Origin: Proteromonas lacertae
Lineage: Eukaryota
Length of the DNA: 64,000 nt
Assembly: GCA_002245135.1 (NCBI GenBank)
Contig: NGBS01000314.1
Span: 62,001 to 126,000 of the forward strand
Direction of reading: 5' to 3'
A program made the position numbers and the translations under genes. This document shows positions 50,081 through 62,607 of this stretch, in pieces. The notes below the pieces were generated by a model that saw only the letters and a program-made list of their open reading frames with translations, searched no databases and was not told where the DNA came from. The first letter of the stretch is position 1; each line of letters starts with the position of its first letter.

Positions 50081-50232
50081 GTAATAAAATTATTTTGTAT
50101 TGGATATAGAAATTTAGTTTGTGAGAGATTTTTAAATGAAATTATTAAAAAACGATTTTTGAGGTTTGAGTTTGATCAAGCTTTTTGTTTTTAACGACAA
50201 TCAGTAAATAGAAGAAAAATTAGATTTATATT

Positions 50233-53082
50233 ATGAGGTATGATTGTATATTAGAAATTATCGTCAAATAGTCAAATAAACAAAACAACTTGTGAATCAA
50301 TTAAAGTATGTGTAAGAGTTAGACCTAAACTAGAAAATGAAAATGAAAGGCAGGAGTGTGTTACATGCACTAGTACTTCAGTTATTGTTCAAAATAGACT
50401 AAAGTGCAGATACGACTATATTTTCTCACAGACATCCACTCAAGATGATTTAGTTTCTAAATGCATGCCGATGATAGAGTATGTAAATATAATATTATTG
50501 AATATATTGTAGAGATTTTCTTCAAGGATATAACTGTACAATATTTGCCTATGGTCAAACAGGAAGTGGTAAAACACACTCAATGTTTGGTAAAGGTTTA
50601 GAAGAAATGTTCTTGAAAGGACAAAGTTTTAATAATTTACTTCACAACAATTGGGGTATTATTCCAAGATCTGTTGAGTATCTATTTCAATCAATGGCTA
50701 ATCTAAGATTGCATGAAAGCAATTCTACATTCTCATTGTATTGCTCATTTCTACAAATATATAACGATGAAATTTTTGATTTATTACAAGACAAGAATAT
50801 GAAATATCCATTGAAATTGAACGAATATCCAAAACCAGGACAAAAAGGTATTAATGTTGTGATAAGAGGATTATCTGAAGTAAGAGTCTATTCATTAGAA
50901 GATGTTATGTCATTGTTATATAAAGGTATTGCTAATAGATCAACTTCATCAACTGAATATAATGCTACTAGTAGTAGATCACATGCAATTCTTCAAGTAT
51001 ATATATATATATCATATGATATAATTATAATTATTATAGCTGAGATTAGAAAGTGAAGAAATTACAGAAGATAATATTATCATCAGAAAGACTTCAAAAT
51101 GTAACTTAGTAGATTTAGCTGGTTCAGAAAAATGGAATACTAATTACAAGTTTGATGCTAAAAGAACAAATGAATTGATTAATATTAATACAAGTCTACT
51201 GGCATTAGGTAATTGTATTGCTGCATTAGGATCTAATAATAGTCATATTCCTTATAGAGATAGTAAATTAACGAGATTATTACAAGATTCATTAGGTGGA
51301 AATACAAAAACATTGTTGTTAGTTACTATATCTCCTCTAGTTGAATATGAAGATGAAACTGTCAGTTCATTGACATTTGGTGATAGAGCGAAAAAAGTGA
51401 TGATTAAAGCACAAATCAATACTGTTAGTGATTCATCAAACCAATTTTCTGATTTGAATCATCAATTACTTCAATTACATAAGGATTATGCTCAATTAGA
51501 ATTAGAGAATTTGGATTTAAAAAGAAAATTGAGAGATCATACAAATCATAAGGATGGATATAATGAAGATGAATTTAATGACAATGATCAAGAAGATATT
51601 ATCAATCTTAGAAAAGAATTGACAATTTTATCAGATAATTTTAAAGATATTAAATCAACAATGGAGTATTATAAAGACACTATTGAAGTTCAAAAAGCTA
51701 AAATTAGATCATTAGAAAATGAATTACTACAGTATAAAATGTCAACAAATAGATCCACTGATTCTGAGAGAAATAATAATAGTAATACTCCTTTTATTGA
51801 AATAGAAAACAAACCAAGAGATGTTACATATGATATTAATCAAGATCCACTACAACAAATGCAAAGTTCAGATGATTCTTTGACTTTTACATTTCTCAAT
51901 TCACCAATACATGAAAGCGAAAATAAAACAATCAATAACAACATTCCACCATTAGATTTACCTTATCAAAGTAAATGTTCTCATGACGATCAACCTGAAA
52001 CGTATATAAATCCAAGAGATATTCAAGTTTTAACAATGCAATCAGGTTGTAGTGTAGAATTAGCTCAAGAAATGTTAATACAATTTGATGGAGATGTTGT
52101 TACTGCATTAGAAGAAATATTAGATATAAAAAAGACAATGGAAGAGGAAGAGAATAACAAAAATCATCAAAATAATGAACAAGAAGAAAATGATAAAGAG
52201 TTTAATGAATATGATAATGAAAATGAATTAGAAGAACAACAACATCAGCATGAGGAAAAACAACAGGATGAATATTATGATGAAGAAAATGATAATGATA
52301 ATGAAGAAGAAGCTGGTATTTATATTGAACCTCCAAGATTTATTTACTCACAAGATGAAAGAAGAAGTTATTCAAATCATTCAGATGAGGGTAATATTGA
52401 TGATGAACAAATGCAGATTAAAGTAAAACCATCAACTGATCCTGTAATTAGTAGAAAGCATAGAAGCAAATCTACTAAACATGGTTATGCTGATGAAGAT
52501 GAAGATTACTATCGACAGGAAATTGAAGATTTTAATTTGTATATGCAAAGTAACAAATACAAAAATGAAGTAGAGAAATTACCACCATTGAAGAATAAAA
52601 AGAAAGACAAAAGAACAGAGAATCTTAGAAAATTGAATAGAACAGATTCTAATATGTCTGTTATTCAAAGAGCACCAATACCGTTAGAGAAATTGAAGAA
52701 AGATCCTTATGCTTACTATGAAAGACCTATTCTACAGACAAATAGAACAATTTTTACATCCAGAAAAGATGACAAAAAGAATGAAAAAGAAAGAAAGAAG
52801 GAATTGACAAAATTACAACAAAAGAAGAAGAAACTAACAGAAGAAGAGAAAGAGTATAATCAACCAAGAAATCCACATTTAGAAGCTGTTTATGGTTATT
52901 ATCCTCCTATGAAGAGTCAAGCTCATGTAGAACAAAAAGGAAAAGCAAGTAATAAAGCTAAAGCTAAAAGATTATTAAAACAAAGTCAAAGTGAATTGCT
53001 ATTGACAAACAAGAGAAGTTTATTAAGAGATTATAAAAACTTGATGGTGTTAACTACTACACCTCCAGAAGAATTTGTGTAA
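50233..53082 (+). CDS. Kinesin motor protein with coiled coil and UBA-like tail domain; introns 50238-50271, 50479-50512, 50997-51039
   Basis: VCVRVRP, AYGQTGSGKT, SSRSHA, DLAGSE and HIPYRDSKLTRLLQDSLGG motifs. Confidence 0.92.
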
Positions 53083-53238
53083 TTTCATAATATATATTTA
53101 TTAATGTTTATTTCTTATTTGAATTTATTTTCTCTAGTTATTCATTTGATATAAACCATTTAATTTTGTGAATTTTAAATTAGGGTAAATAGAGTTACTT
53201 AATTTAATATGTTAAAAATAAAATTTGATAGTGGTTAA

Positions 53239-54104
53239 CAGGGTTGTATAAATAGGTAACCTATAGGTTATAGGTAAAACCTATAATCTAGCTTTGACCT
53301 TAGGTTGGTCAAACCTCAAGCATTATTTTGTTAAAATCTATTTTAATAACTTACAGAGTAACATTTGTTTAATACAAACTATCATACTATATAAAATATT
53401 ATTCCTGCTTCTTATTTTACTTTAGTTACTATAGTTATGACTAAGATTGGTTGAAATTGTATAAATATCTATTCTGATATATTATATTCATCTACAAACT
53501 ACTCAATAGTGATATTTAACATATTTATAAAAAACTTGTTATTTTGATGACTAATTTATATTGATTAATATCTCTAAAAAACAAATATTAATGTAATTAT
53601 AATAATAAATCTATATTTCTGGATATTAATGATTTGTTTTCAATAAGTCTCTTACTTTCTCAGTTTCTGAAAATAAATAATCATTATAAAACTCTCTTAG
53701 AGGTATAATATATCCTAGTTTGAAGTAAAAACTTCTAAATTCTGGTGAGTCTAATATTGTGGTACTGACTGCATTGAAGGTTATTAATTTAAATAGATCT
53801 TTGTTGACAGAATCTGAATTGACTTTGACTTTTACCATATTCAATAATCTGAATATTATATTTCAATCACGTTTTTCCAAAACATTTCGCAGTAGTTAAT
53901 ATTTTTATGAAACATTTTATAATTGAATAAATGAACAACTTCTTTCAATGCGAAAGGAGGTAATGTGATATCCCTATAGTTTCATTTATTATAAAGTCTT
54001 ATAAATATTGAGTAATTATACATCTAAAGAATCTAAATCTTAAAAAATAAAGATTTACTTAGTCAAACCATCAAGCTTGATGTTTTTTTCTTTTATTTTT
54101 TTTT
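53239..54104 (-). mobile_element. Degenerate hAT element (same TIR type as 20910), interrupted at 54105
   Basis: CAGGGTTGTATAAAT terminus; 53626..53844 resembles the N-terminal region of the neighbouring hAT transposase (LDSPEFR vs LDSQDFR). Confidence 0.7.
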
Positions 54105-56080
54105 TAGGGCTGTATAAATTGATCAACCAACCAACCAATTGTTGTAACCATTGGTTTGAAATAAACCATTGGTGGGCATGCTAAATATTTTTGTGAAATT
54201 TTGAATAGATTAGGAAATCTTTGTTGTATGAGAAGCCATAACTCAGAATTATTTTTCTTTGTGCTATTCACTATGTTGTATTGCATAAACCTCTCCAGTT
54301 CATTATCAACATCTGCTATTTTCCTCTTGATTCCTTTACAGGATAAGCACAAATCTAAATCGTTTTCACTGTCTAGTTCACTATTATCTATTTGTACATA
54401 ATTATCTTCTTTCTCTTCATCATATATTACTTGTAATGATGTTGTTGTCAATCTTAATTCTTCATTACTGAATAAAATACAATTCTGAATATATGACTTA
54501 GTTCGTAAGTCTAATAAACAACACATTAATGGTATAAAACTATCGTTGTTAATATTATTAACTCTTTCTATTAAATTGTTTCTGATTGCTATATTGTATT
54601 CTTTCAAATCCTGGGGTAATTCAATATAGTCCATCTCATGGATTAACTGCTTTAATTTGAGGTAGGCTAAGCTAATTGTTATATTATTTGATTCTAATTC
54701 TATAGTTTAACTATTTATAGGTGATAACATTTTTAGAATACCATTCAGTACTATAAAATCTGAAGGAATATACTTATATAGACTGTCATTTGGTTTTTCT
54801 GCTTTGATTCCCATTCTCTTATATTTTTCGAAATCTGTAATTAATTTACTTATTTTATTTTAGTAAATTACCAATTCTTCTTTCACTTCGCTGATTTTGG
54901 ATAATACAGCATAGATGGAATTCCATCTAGTGACTGTATATGATGGAATTGATGTTGATATAACTTTTCTATTTGAACAGGTTCTAAGTTCTTTAGCTAA
55001 AGTGAGATATACATCAACTACATCTTACATTCGAGATATTAATATCTTTTATTGATTTTACCATATTTGGAGCATTGTCACTAGTCACAGATGTAATTTT
55101 TATGTTGAACTCATTTTTTAATTTCATTATCAAATCGGAGATAGTCTCTTATTTCTCATTTGAGACTTCAGTTACTGCCATAGTGTATAATTTTTGTATA
55201 AAATCATCATTTAAATATACACAACTTACTGCAATATACTGTACACACGCTTGACTCTTCCAACCATCCATCATAATACTAACACTACGGCTATTTAGCT
55301 CTGCTTGTAAATTACTTTTCTTTTCTTTAAATTTTAATTCCAAATACTCTGTGTATGTTTTTCTTCTGGGTGCATTGTAATTGAGCTGTCTGCAAAAGCC
55401 TCTAAAATCTTGAGAATCCAGAAATGAAGCTGATGTTCCACTATTAGTTATAAAATCAAATAATTTGTTATTTATATTAATTTGGTCAAGTCTCTTTTCA
55501 CTATCTTAATATTTGTGAGCATTTTCCATATGCGCTCTTACAGCTTTCCCATTGGCAGCATTTCCTTTATAGTATTTACCACAAAGGACGCATACACACA
55601 TTTCGCTATCTTGTATCTTCAAGAATCTATTCCAGTGATTCTTTGTGTGGTTAAATGATAATTTCTCTAATTTGTGAGAATTGAACAAGTTTATTACCTC
55701 ACTGCAAGCACCAGGAGGTAGTCCTAAATCCCTAAAAAATAAAAATGGAGTTTATAAAAATATAGTATATACATAACGAAGATATAAAATGAATCTTTAA
55801 TAGTTTGTCAAGCCAAAGATTATTTTATGTGTTATAAATGCTATTTTTTCATTTATGTTATTTAATTAGATTATATATATTATTGTAAATTGTCTTCATC
55901 CAATTAAACAAACTATAAAGCAAAAATAAATCAATCAACCAATTGGTTAAATTGGTTTTGATATTTACATCAAGAATAGATGAATATTTGGTTATGTGTA
56001 TTATTTGATATGTGGAAGATTATGGATTGTCGATTGGTTACTAAGAGTTTATATGAGCTATAGATTGGTCATTGACCAAT
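54105..56080 (-). mobile_element. hAT element with decayed transposase (BED finger, catalytic and dimerisation remnants)
   Basis: TAGGGCTGTAT terminus and CAACCAA subterminal repeats; fragments CVLC...AHMENAH, MMDGWKS, VTRWNS, LLDLR and WLLIQQRFPNLFKISQKYL with stops and frameshifts. Confidence 0.85.
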
Positions 56081-56470
56081 GGGATCTTGCGTTTTGGGTG
56101 TCCACTCAAAATTTGGACACCCTATTTCTAGAGGTGTTTCAACCTCAATACTCATATTTATCTTACTATTATCATAAATCTAAGCGTTTCTGAACTTATC
56201 TTTGTATTTCGTTAATTTTCAATTCACACATTATGACATTATTTTTAAAATTTGAGCACCTCATGGTCCAGACTATAGAGCATAATAACTGCATCTTGGA
56301 TCTCCAATTTTTATTTATATATTATGCTTATTGAATGAGAGTGCTCAAAAAATAACAAGAATCGACACAAACATAAGTTTGATCATTTTTTCAATTTTTA
56401 TTTTTTGAGCACCTGCCTCCTATAGGAAGTAAGGGCTCAATATAATAATATATTATGTGTATATGATGAT
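56081..56470. mobile_element. Solo TIR of a second MULE family related to the 10056 element
   Basis: GACACCCTATTTCTAGAGGTGTTTC resembles AACACCCTATTTCTAGTGGTGTTAC, with further collinear blocks; no partner TIR in the window. Confidence 0.65.
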
Positions 56471-58174
56471 TATATCAAACATTAATTTAATTATATTAAT
56501 CAAATTTTCGTAATTTAGCTATTTCCTTAATTATTTATAATTGATTTATATGCATAATAAAATAATACACATATGTAACACATAATATTTATATGTACCT
56601 ATTTATACTTTTATCAAACATATTTGTAAATATTTCTAATTATAAGCATACAAAACACTAATAGATGTATATTTATTTGTTACTCAATGATAATTTAACC
56701 TTTGACTTAAAAATCAAATCAAAAATCCATAATAACATCAATGTGTCTTTTTTTCTCAGTTTGCAAAGCTTCTACTATAGCTAAATTTGCACCTTCTTCT
56801 ACTACATTACCTTCTTTACTAATACATCTGTAAAACTACCAGTCATTAAGACAAGTTAAGAATTTGGAATGATTTACTTCAGGTTTTGGAATCATGCTTT
56901 GATAATTTGCTTTCTAAAGCATTTCTTACATCTATAGTGAAGTTACCTCCATAACCTTCTGCTAATCTTTTCATATATTGTACAGCTACTTCTTTAACTG
57001 TGTATAACTTTTACTTTATTAAATCACCTATTTTAGAAACCTTTGTATGTTTAAAACAGAGTTAACTTCTACATCACCACATAATCTCAATACTATTTTT
57101 ATTTCTTTTCCATTCTATAAACAAGTCTCGATTATCACTTTAACAAGTACATTGGTCTTATGACGTTCCGCTACAATAGGAATAATTTCTTTATTTTAAT
57201 ATTTTTAGTTATTTTCTTTTAATGCTACAACAATAGCCTTATCTGAGCTATCATCGTTATCTTTTATAAATATTTTGGCTTCTTGCAATTTTATCTCTGG
57301 AGTTGTTACATCTAGTTGTTACTCTCCTCATTTTTACTTTCATTCATTATTTTACCATCTCTACTGTCTGATTTATCTTCAAGTAGATGGAGCTAAAGGT
57401 AAACAACTGTTATTATATTTATTGTACCCTATATTATGTAAAATAATAAGAAATTACGTGGTTGCTTCAGTTCTTATCACCGAATATGGTTAATATGCGT
57501 ATTATGTGTATATTCATAATCATGTCCATTTCTTTTACACAATTCATAATAAAATACATCTATTTCTTTAAATAATTGAAAATCTTATTCAAGCTTTAGT
57601 TTGAAAATTCCATTTATTTTCAAGTTTATTAGGTTATGTCCTATAGATATCAACATAATTTTGTATATTATATTGTATTTTTACAGTAGGAATAGAATAG
57701 GCCCCAATGAATAATACTTCAAGGTGGATTTTAAGAAAAGTGGTTGTGGAATTGCTATCAATGATAATTTTACTAATTTGTATTTTAATATATTTAAGTA
57801 GTTTAATGGTATATTTTATTTATATATAAATAGCGTTTGCAATAAATAAAGAGAAATTAGTGGAAGCAAAGAATAAATACCTATGAAAGCAGTATGAATG
57901 AATGAATGACGAATCAGATAATGAAAATTATAGTGTAAAAGGAAGAAATCCATGTTTAAGACAATCCTTTGAATTATGTTGGTTAGTTGAAACATACCCA
58001 ACAAAACATTCATCAAACGAAGAATATTTGTGAATATTTAAATTCTCTCATTCGTTTGCTTGAAATTAATCGAGTGAGAAGAATTGAATATAGTGTAAGT
58101 AGAATAGTTAAATGTTGTTCCCCATATGGCGGAAATCCCCGTATGGCAGAAATCTATATTGCAGAATGATTCAA

Positions 58175-58420
58175 TCAAAACTAATATGATATTCATGATG
58201 TTAGGAGTTAGTTATTAACAAATATATAGTTAGTTTGTCATGTGACCTACATCTGTGATATACTTATTTATGAACTTCATTATTATCAATATTAAACTAA
58301 TTTTTATATATTTTCTATTTTAATTTATCAGTCACTACTAATGTTTAGATACTGAAAAAAGAAAAAAGAAAAAATAAGTTCAAGCCTCACTCAAGCCTGT
58401 TCTTTAATTTCCTTTTTTAA
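58175..58420. mobile_element. MITE family B fragment
   Basis: Matches 9960-10055 joined to 14171-14320, i.e. the uninterrupted form of the MULE target site. Confidence 0.75.
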
Positions 58421-58544
58421 ATAAGCTGCTGTTTAAGTTATTGTAAGAATAAAAAAACCCTTAATAATAGATTCTATTTATTTTTTATTACCACCACAAA
58501 TACAACAATTTCTTATATACTCTTCCATTTTTCTTTAATAAATA

Positions 58545-60268
58545 ATGAAATATTATATTGATATACAAATATTAAGAGGTTTTTCAATATTATTTATAAT
58601 TTTATTTCATTTTAATATTATTAAAAGCGGTTATAAAGGAGTAGATGTTTTTATATTAATATCAGGATTTTTAGTATACAATCAATACGAGAAAAACAAA
58701 TCAATTCTACTATTTTTAGTATATAGGATACAAAGAATAATGATACTATCATATTTTGTTCAGTTTTCCATACTAAAATTCTATTCAGTATATGATAAAT
58801 ATAATATATCAAATGTAATTGATGAATATAATAATGCTTTGCTATTTGTTTCAAATATTTATTATTATTACATAGGTAATGATTATTTTTTGTCTAATAC
58901 TAAGAAAGTGTTGTTACATTATTGGTATATATCAATGGATCTTCACTTATATTTTATTTATCCATTAATTCATAAAGCAAAAATGATTTTCATATTCATA
59001 TTTTATTTAATATTCTTGATAATTCATATAAAAGATAATAGTTTTTCATATTATTTTGCAATAGCTAGGTTGTATGAATATTTGATAGGAAATACATCAT
59101 TTATATATAGAAGAATAAATAATAAGTACATAAAATATGTTTCTATTATTTTAATTCTCTATTCACTTTCCTTTACATTAAGTAATTACTATATAAGTAA
59201 TATAATAATTCTATTATTTACTTATTTATATTTAGTAAATGAATCACAAAGTATAAGTATATATATTATTGAAAAAATTGGAAATGTATCATATATCTTG
59301 TATCTTATTCATTATCCATTATCAATTAAAAATAATTCAATCATGTTGCTAATTTTATTAATGCCCATATATGTTATTCTTAAATATATAGAAAGCTCTA
59401 TTACTATACATTTAAAAGAATTCAATATAGTATATTCATTAGCATTTGTTCTATTCTATTATTTTATCTGTAGAATTGTGTCATATAAAATATCTAAGAG
59501 TAAAACAGAATTTAAAGATAATATACCTAAACAAACATTTATAAATAATTGTTGTGATAATTTTGAATATAGCAGAAATGATATATTAATTATTGGTGAT
59601 TCTCATTCATATAGATTCCTTGTAAATGTGTTACTTATAATATGTGGAAATGAAATTAAGATATACTATAAATTTGTCCATTCAAACTGGATTATACATA
59701 ATTCTATAAAATATATTAATGATATTTATAACAAATTTTATTGATAATTTCCATGAATATGATATCTTGTAGATTGAATTATAAACTACCTATTTTAATT
59801 GATGAATATACCAAATATGTTTTATTCTTAAAATCAAAATGTAAATATTTAATAGTATATAAACCTACACCAACTTTCAATAAGTCAATAGATTGTTTAA
59901 CACAAATCAAAAATAGAATAGCTATAATAAACTATAATATCACTTATATACCTTTTAATCTGAATATCACATATAATAAATATTTCATTCTCAAAGATCT
60001 ATCAAAATATTATTGTAACAATAGAATATGCAACCTTACATATAATAGTAGATGTATTTACGATGATTACAATCATTTAAATTCATTATTTTATCGTAGT
60101 ATATTTAATATTGTAAAGATTGATATACTAAAATACATTCCACATGTTAAACAAAAAGACATGAAATGCAAAAGTTTTATTGTATATAATAATATAATCC
60201 CTTACAATTGGGTTTTTTTAAGGAGCTTCTGTATTAAATCATATTATAGTAAATCTGATTTACAATAG
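58545..60268 (+). CDS. Acyltransferase-3 + SGNH (OafA/YrhL-like) O-acyltransferase; 1-nt indel at ~59738
   Basis: IQILRG...FH, GVDVF, RIQRI, LLHYWY, multiple TMs, IIGDSH and DYNH (DxxH) motifs. Confidence 0.85.
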
Positions 60269-60666
60269 TATTTAAAACATTTACAAGGAATGCAATTCGA
60301 TAGTCAATTAACAGGTAAATGAATTGAAAAGCAACTTAATAGGGTTTAATCTTTCTATCATATTACATTTAATTCTATCGGCATATTCTTTCTACTGTTA
60401 TAAATGCTAAAAACAGTGATAGTGACATTATAGAACCATGGTGTGATTATGCAAGTGATCCTCTGATGTAGAGAATGAGATTGCCCATTTCCTAGATACT
60501 ATTATTAACATTATTAGATTGAAGTATGAATTAGCTGTTAGAAATTAATAATGTGGAAGCAATAAGTTAAAGAGATGATGAGTAAAACTCAGTTTTAAAG
60601 AAAGCAATTGAAAACAACTAATAACTACAATGAAATTATTACAATTAAAATTGTATTACATATGTA

Positions 60667-62475
60667 ATGTTTTTTAATGTTATAGAATCTGTCAAAGGTT
60701 TTTCATGTTTATTAATTGTCTTGTATCATATATCACCAAAATTAATACCTAACGGATTTTTAGGAGTAGATCAATTTTTTATATTATCTGGATTTCTTAT
60801 TGTTAACTCTATTCAAAATAGTAAATACAAATCCTTTAAATTTAATGACTTTATTAATAAAAGAATACAGAGAATTATACCATTAAAATGTGTTGTATTA
60901 TATTATGTTTTATATGTGAATAGACATTATCTAAAAGAGACAATATTTGATTTGGAGTATGATTCTATTACATCATTGTTATTCTATTTCAACTATAAGT
61001 TAATTAATGATAATAATGATTATTTTTCTAAAACTACTACTAATTTAATTCTTAATTTTTGGTCTTTATCAGTAGAAGAACAATATTATATATTAATAGC
61101 AATAATATCAATAATTGCTTCAAAATTGAATAATATAACATCTATAATTATTCATATAACCATAATATGTTTATCTTATATATCTTTTTATCACTACTAT
61201 ACAGAATATTATGTTATATCATTCTACAGCGTTATATCTAGAATGTGGGAATTTAGTTGCGGTTCATGCGCTTACTATTATAATAATTATTATTCAAATC
61301 GATATCTTATGTATTTATTTGTTATTATTCAAGTCATGTTAATGTTTTCAAGCAAAATTGGTGTTATTTGTCATGTATATATAAATGCTATAACAGTGTA
61401 TCAAATCAATTACTCAAAATATAATAATGATATATTTTTCTCCAACTATATCATCAGATTTATAGGTAGATTATCCTATTCTATTTATCTATTTCATTAT
61501 TCGAATGTAATGCTGTTTAACTACAAAAAGGGAATAATTGTGACAATATTAGGATCAATTATTTTATATTATATAATTGAACAGCCATTTAGAAAATATA
61601 TATCAGGTTTAGTTATTATTGTATTTTATATAGTATATATTTTTATCTTTTACAGAATGTATGTTAAAGATTATAAATATACTGCAGTAAGGAAAACTGA
61701 TTATTATTTTATAAAAGATATGTGCTCATATGATATAGTAGACTATATAATTAAATCAAGAATTAATATATTGTTATTAGGTGATTCACACGTTTTACAC
61801 TTCATTAGAGCATTTTATAATAATAAATGTGATGTTGTATTATATTATTCATATATATATGATGCTGACATGTATAAAAGCAAATATCGCACAATAAACT
61901 ATTTATTAAAATATAAATTTGATTTAGTAATAATAGGATTTTTTGAACAATTATATAGAAATGAATCATATAAATATAAAATATATTTATTAATAGAATA
62001 CATCAAGAATATTACTAAGAATGTATTAGTTATATCAGATAATCCATTAATAAAAGTTGACCCCAATAATTGTCTCTTATCAAAGAAATGTAGTTATGGT
62101 ATTATTAATATAAATTGTAGTATTATTCCACCTCATAATCTATCCAATTATAAATTCTCAATTAACCTAAATGTTTATGATTATAATACAAATAAATACA
62201 CCGTACAAGGAAATAAATGTGTATTCTTTGCAAAAGGAATTCCTATATATAGGGATCAACATCATTTTAGTGGTTTTTTTGTAGAAACCATTTTAGCAAA
62301 TGAAATACATAATTTGTTAAACCTAATATTAGAAAGAACTATATACAAAGATGTATCTGTTTCTCATATAAAGTTTCATTGTTTGGAAAATGATCATAAT
62401 ATATATAAAAAAATTTGTTATAGAAATAATTATAAAATACAGAATATACATATAACAAATATAAAACATAAATGA
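60667..62475 (+). CDS. Acyltransferase-3 + SGNH (OafA/YrhL-like) O-acyltransferase
   Basis: GFLGVDQFFILSGFLI, RIQRI, WSLSVEEQYY, SYSIYLFH, LLGDSH and RDQHH motifs. Confidence 0.9.
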   Translation: MFFNVIESVKGFSCLLIVLYHISPKLIPNGFLGVDQFFILSGFLIVNSIQNSKYKSFKFNDFINKRIQRIIPLKCVVLYYVLYVNRHYLKETIFDLEYDSITSLLFYFNYKLINDNNDYFSKTTTNLILNFWSLSVEEQYYILIAIISIIASKLNNITSIIIHITIICLSYISFYHYYTEYYVISFYSVISRMWEFSCGSCAYYYNNYYSNRYLMYLFVIIQVMLMFSSKIGVICHVYINAITVYQINYSKYNNDIFFSNYIIRFIGRLSYSIYLFHYSNVMLFNYKKGIIVTILGSIILYYIIEQPFRKYISGLVIIVFYIVYIFIFYRMYVKDYKYTAVRKTDYYFIKDMCSYDIVDYIIKSRINILLLGDSHVLHFIRAFYNNKCDVVLYYSYIYDADMYKSKYRTINYLLKYKFDLVIIGFFEQLYRNESYKYKIYLLIEYIKNITKNVLVISDNPLIKVDPNNCLLSKKCSYGIININCSIIPPHNLSNYKFSINLNVYDYNTNKYTVQGNKCVFFAKGIPIYRDQHHFSGFFVETILANEIHNLLNLILERTIYKDVSVSHIKFHCLENDHNIYKKICYRNNYKIQNIHITNIKHK

Positions 62476-62476
62476 T

Positions 62477-62531
62477 TTCTCACAGTATTTTATAATTATT
62501 TTCTCACAGTATTTATATTCTCACAGTATTT
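62477..62531. repeat. Three copies of TTCTCACAGTATTT
   Basis: Direct repeats at 62477, 62501 and 62518, immediately after the acyltransferase stop codon. Confidence 0.8.
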
Positions 62532-62607
62532 ATGATTCATAAGATTAATCTCATTTATTTGGTAGTACTGTTGTTGGTAATACATCTGAATTATTAACAT
62601 CTATTAA

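Noticed and set aside
56700..57620. Decayed minus-strand coding remnant after the second MULE TIR
   Set aside because: Multiple stops and no diagnostic motif I can recognise
62477..62531. Short direct repeats resembling a mini CRISPR array
   Set aside because: Only three 14-nt units with 3-10-nt gaps, no cas genes and a eukaryotic context; a simple slippage duplication
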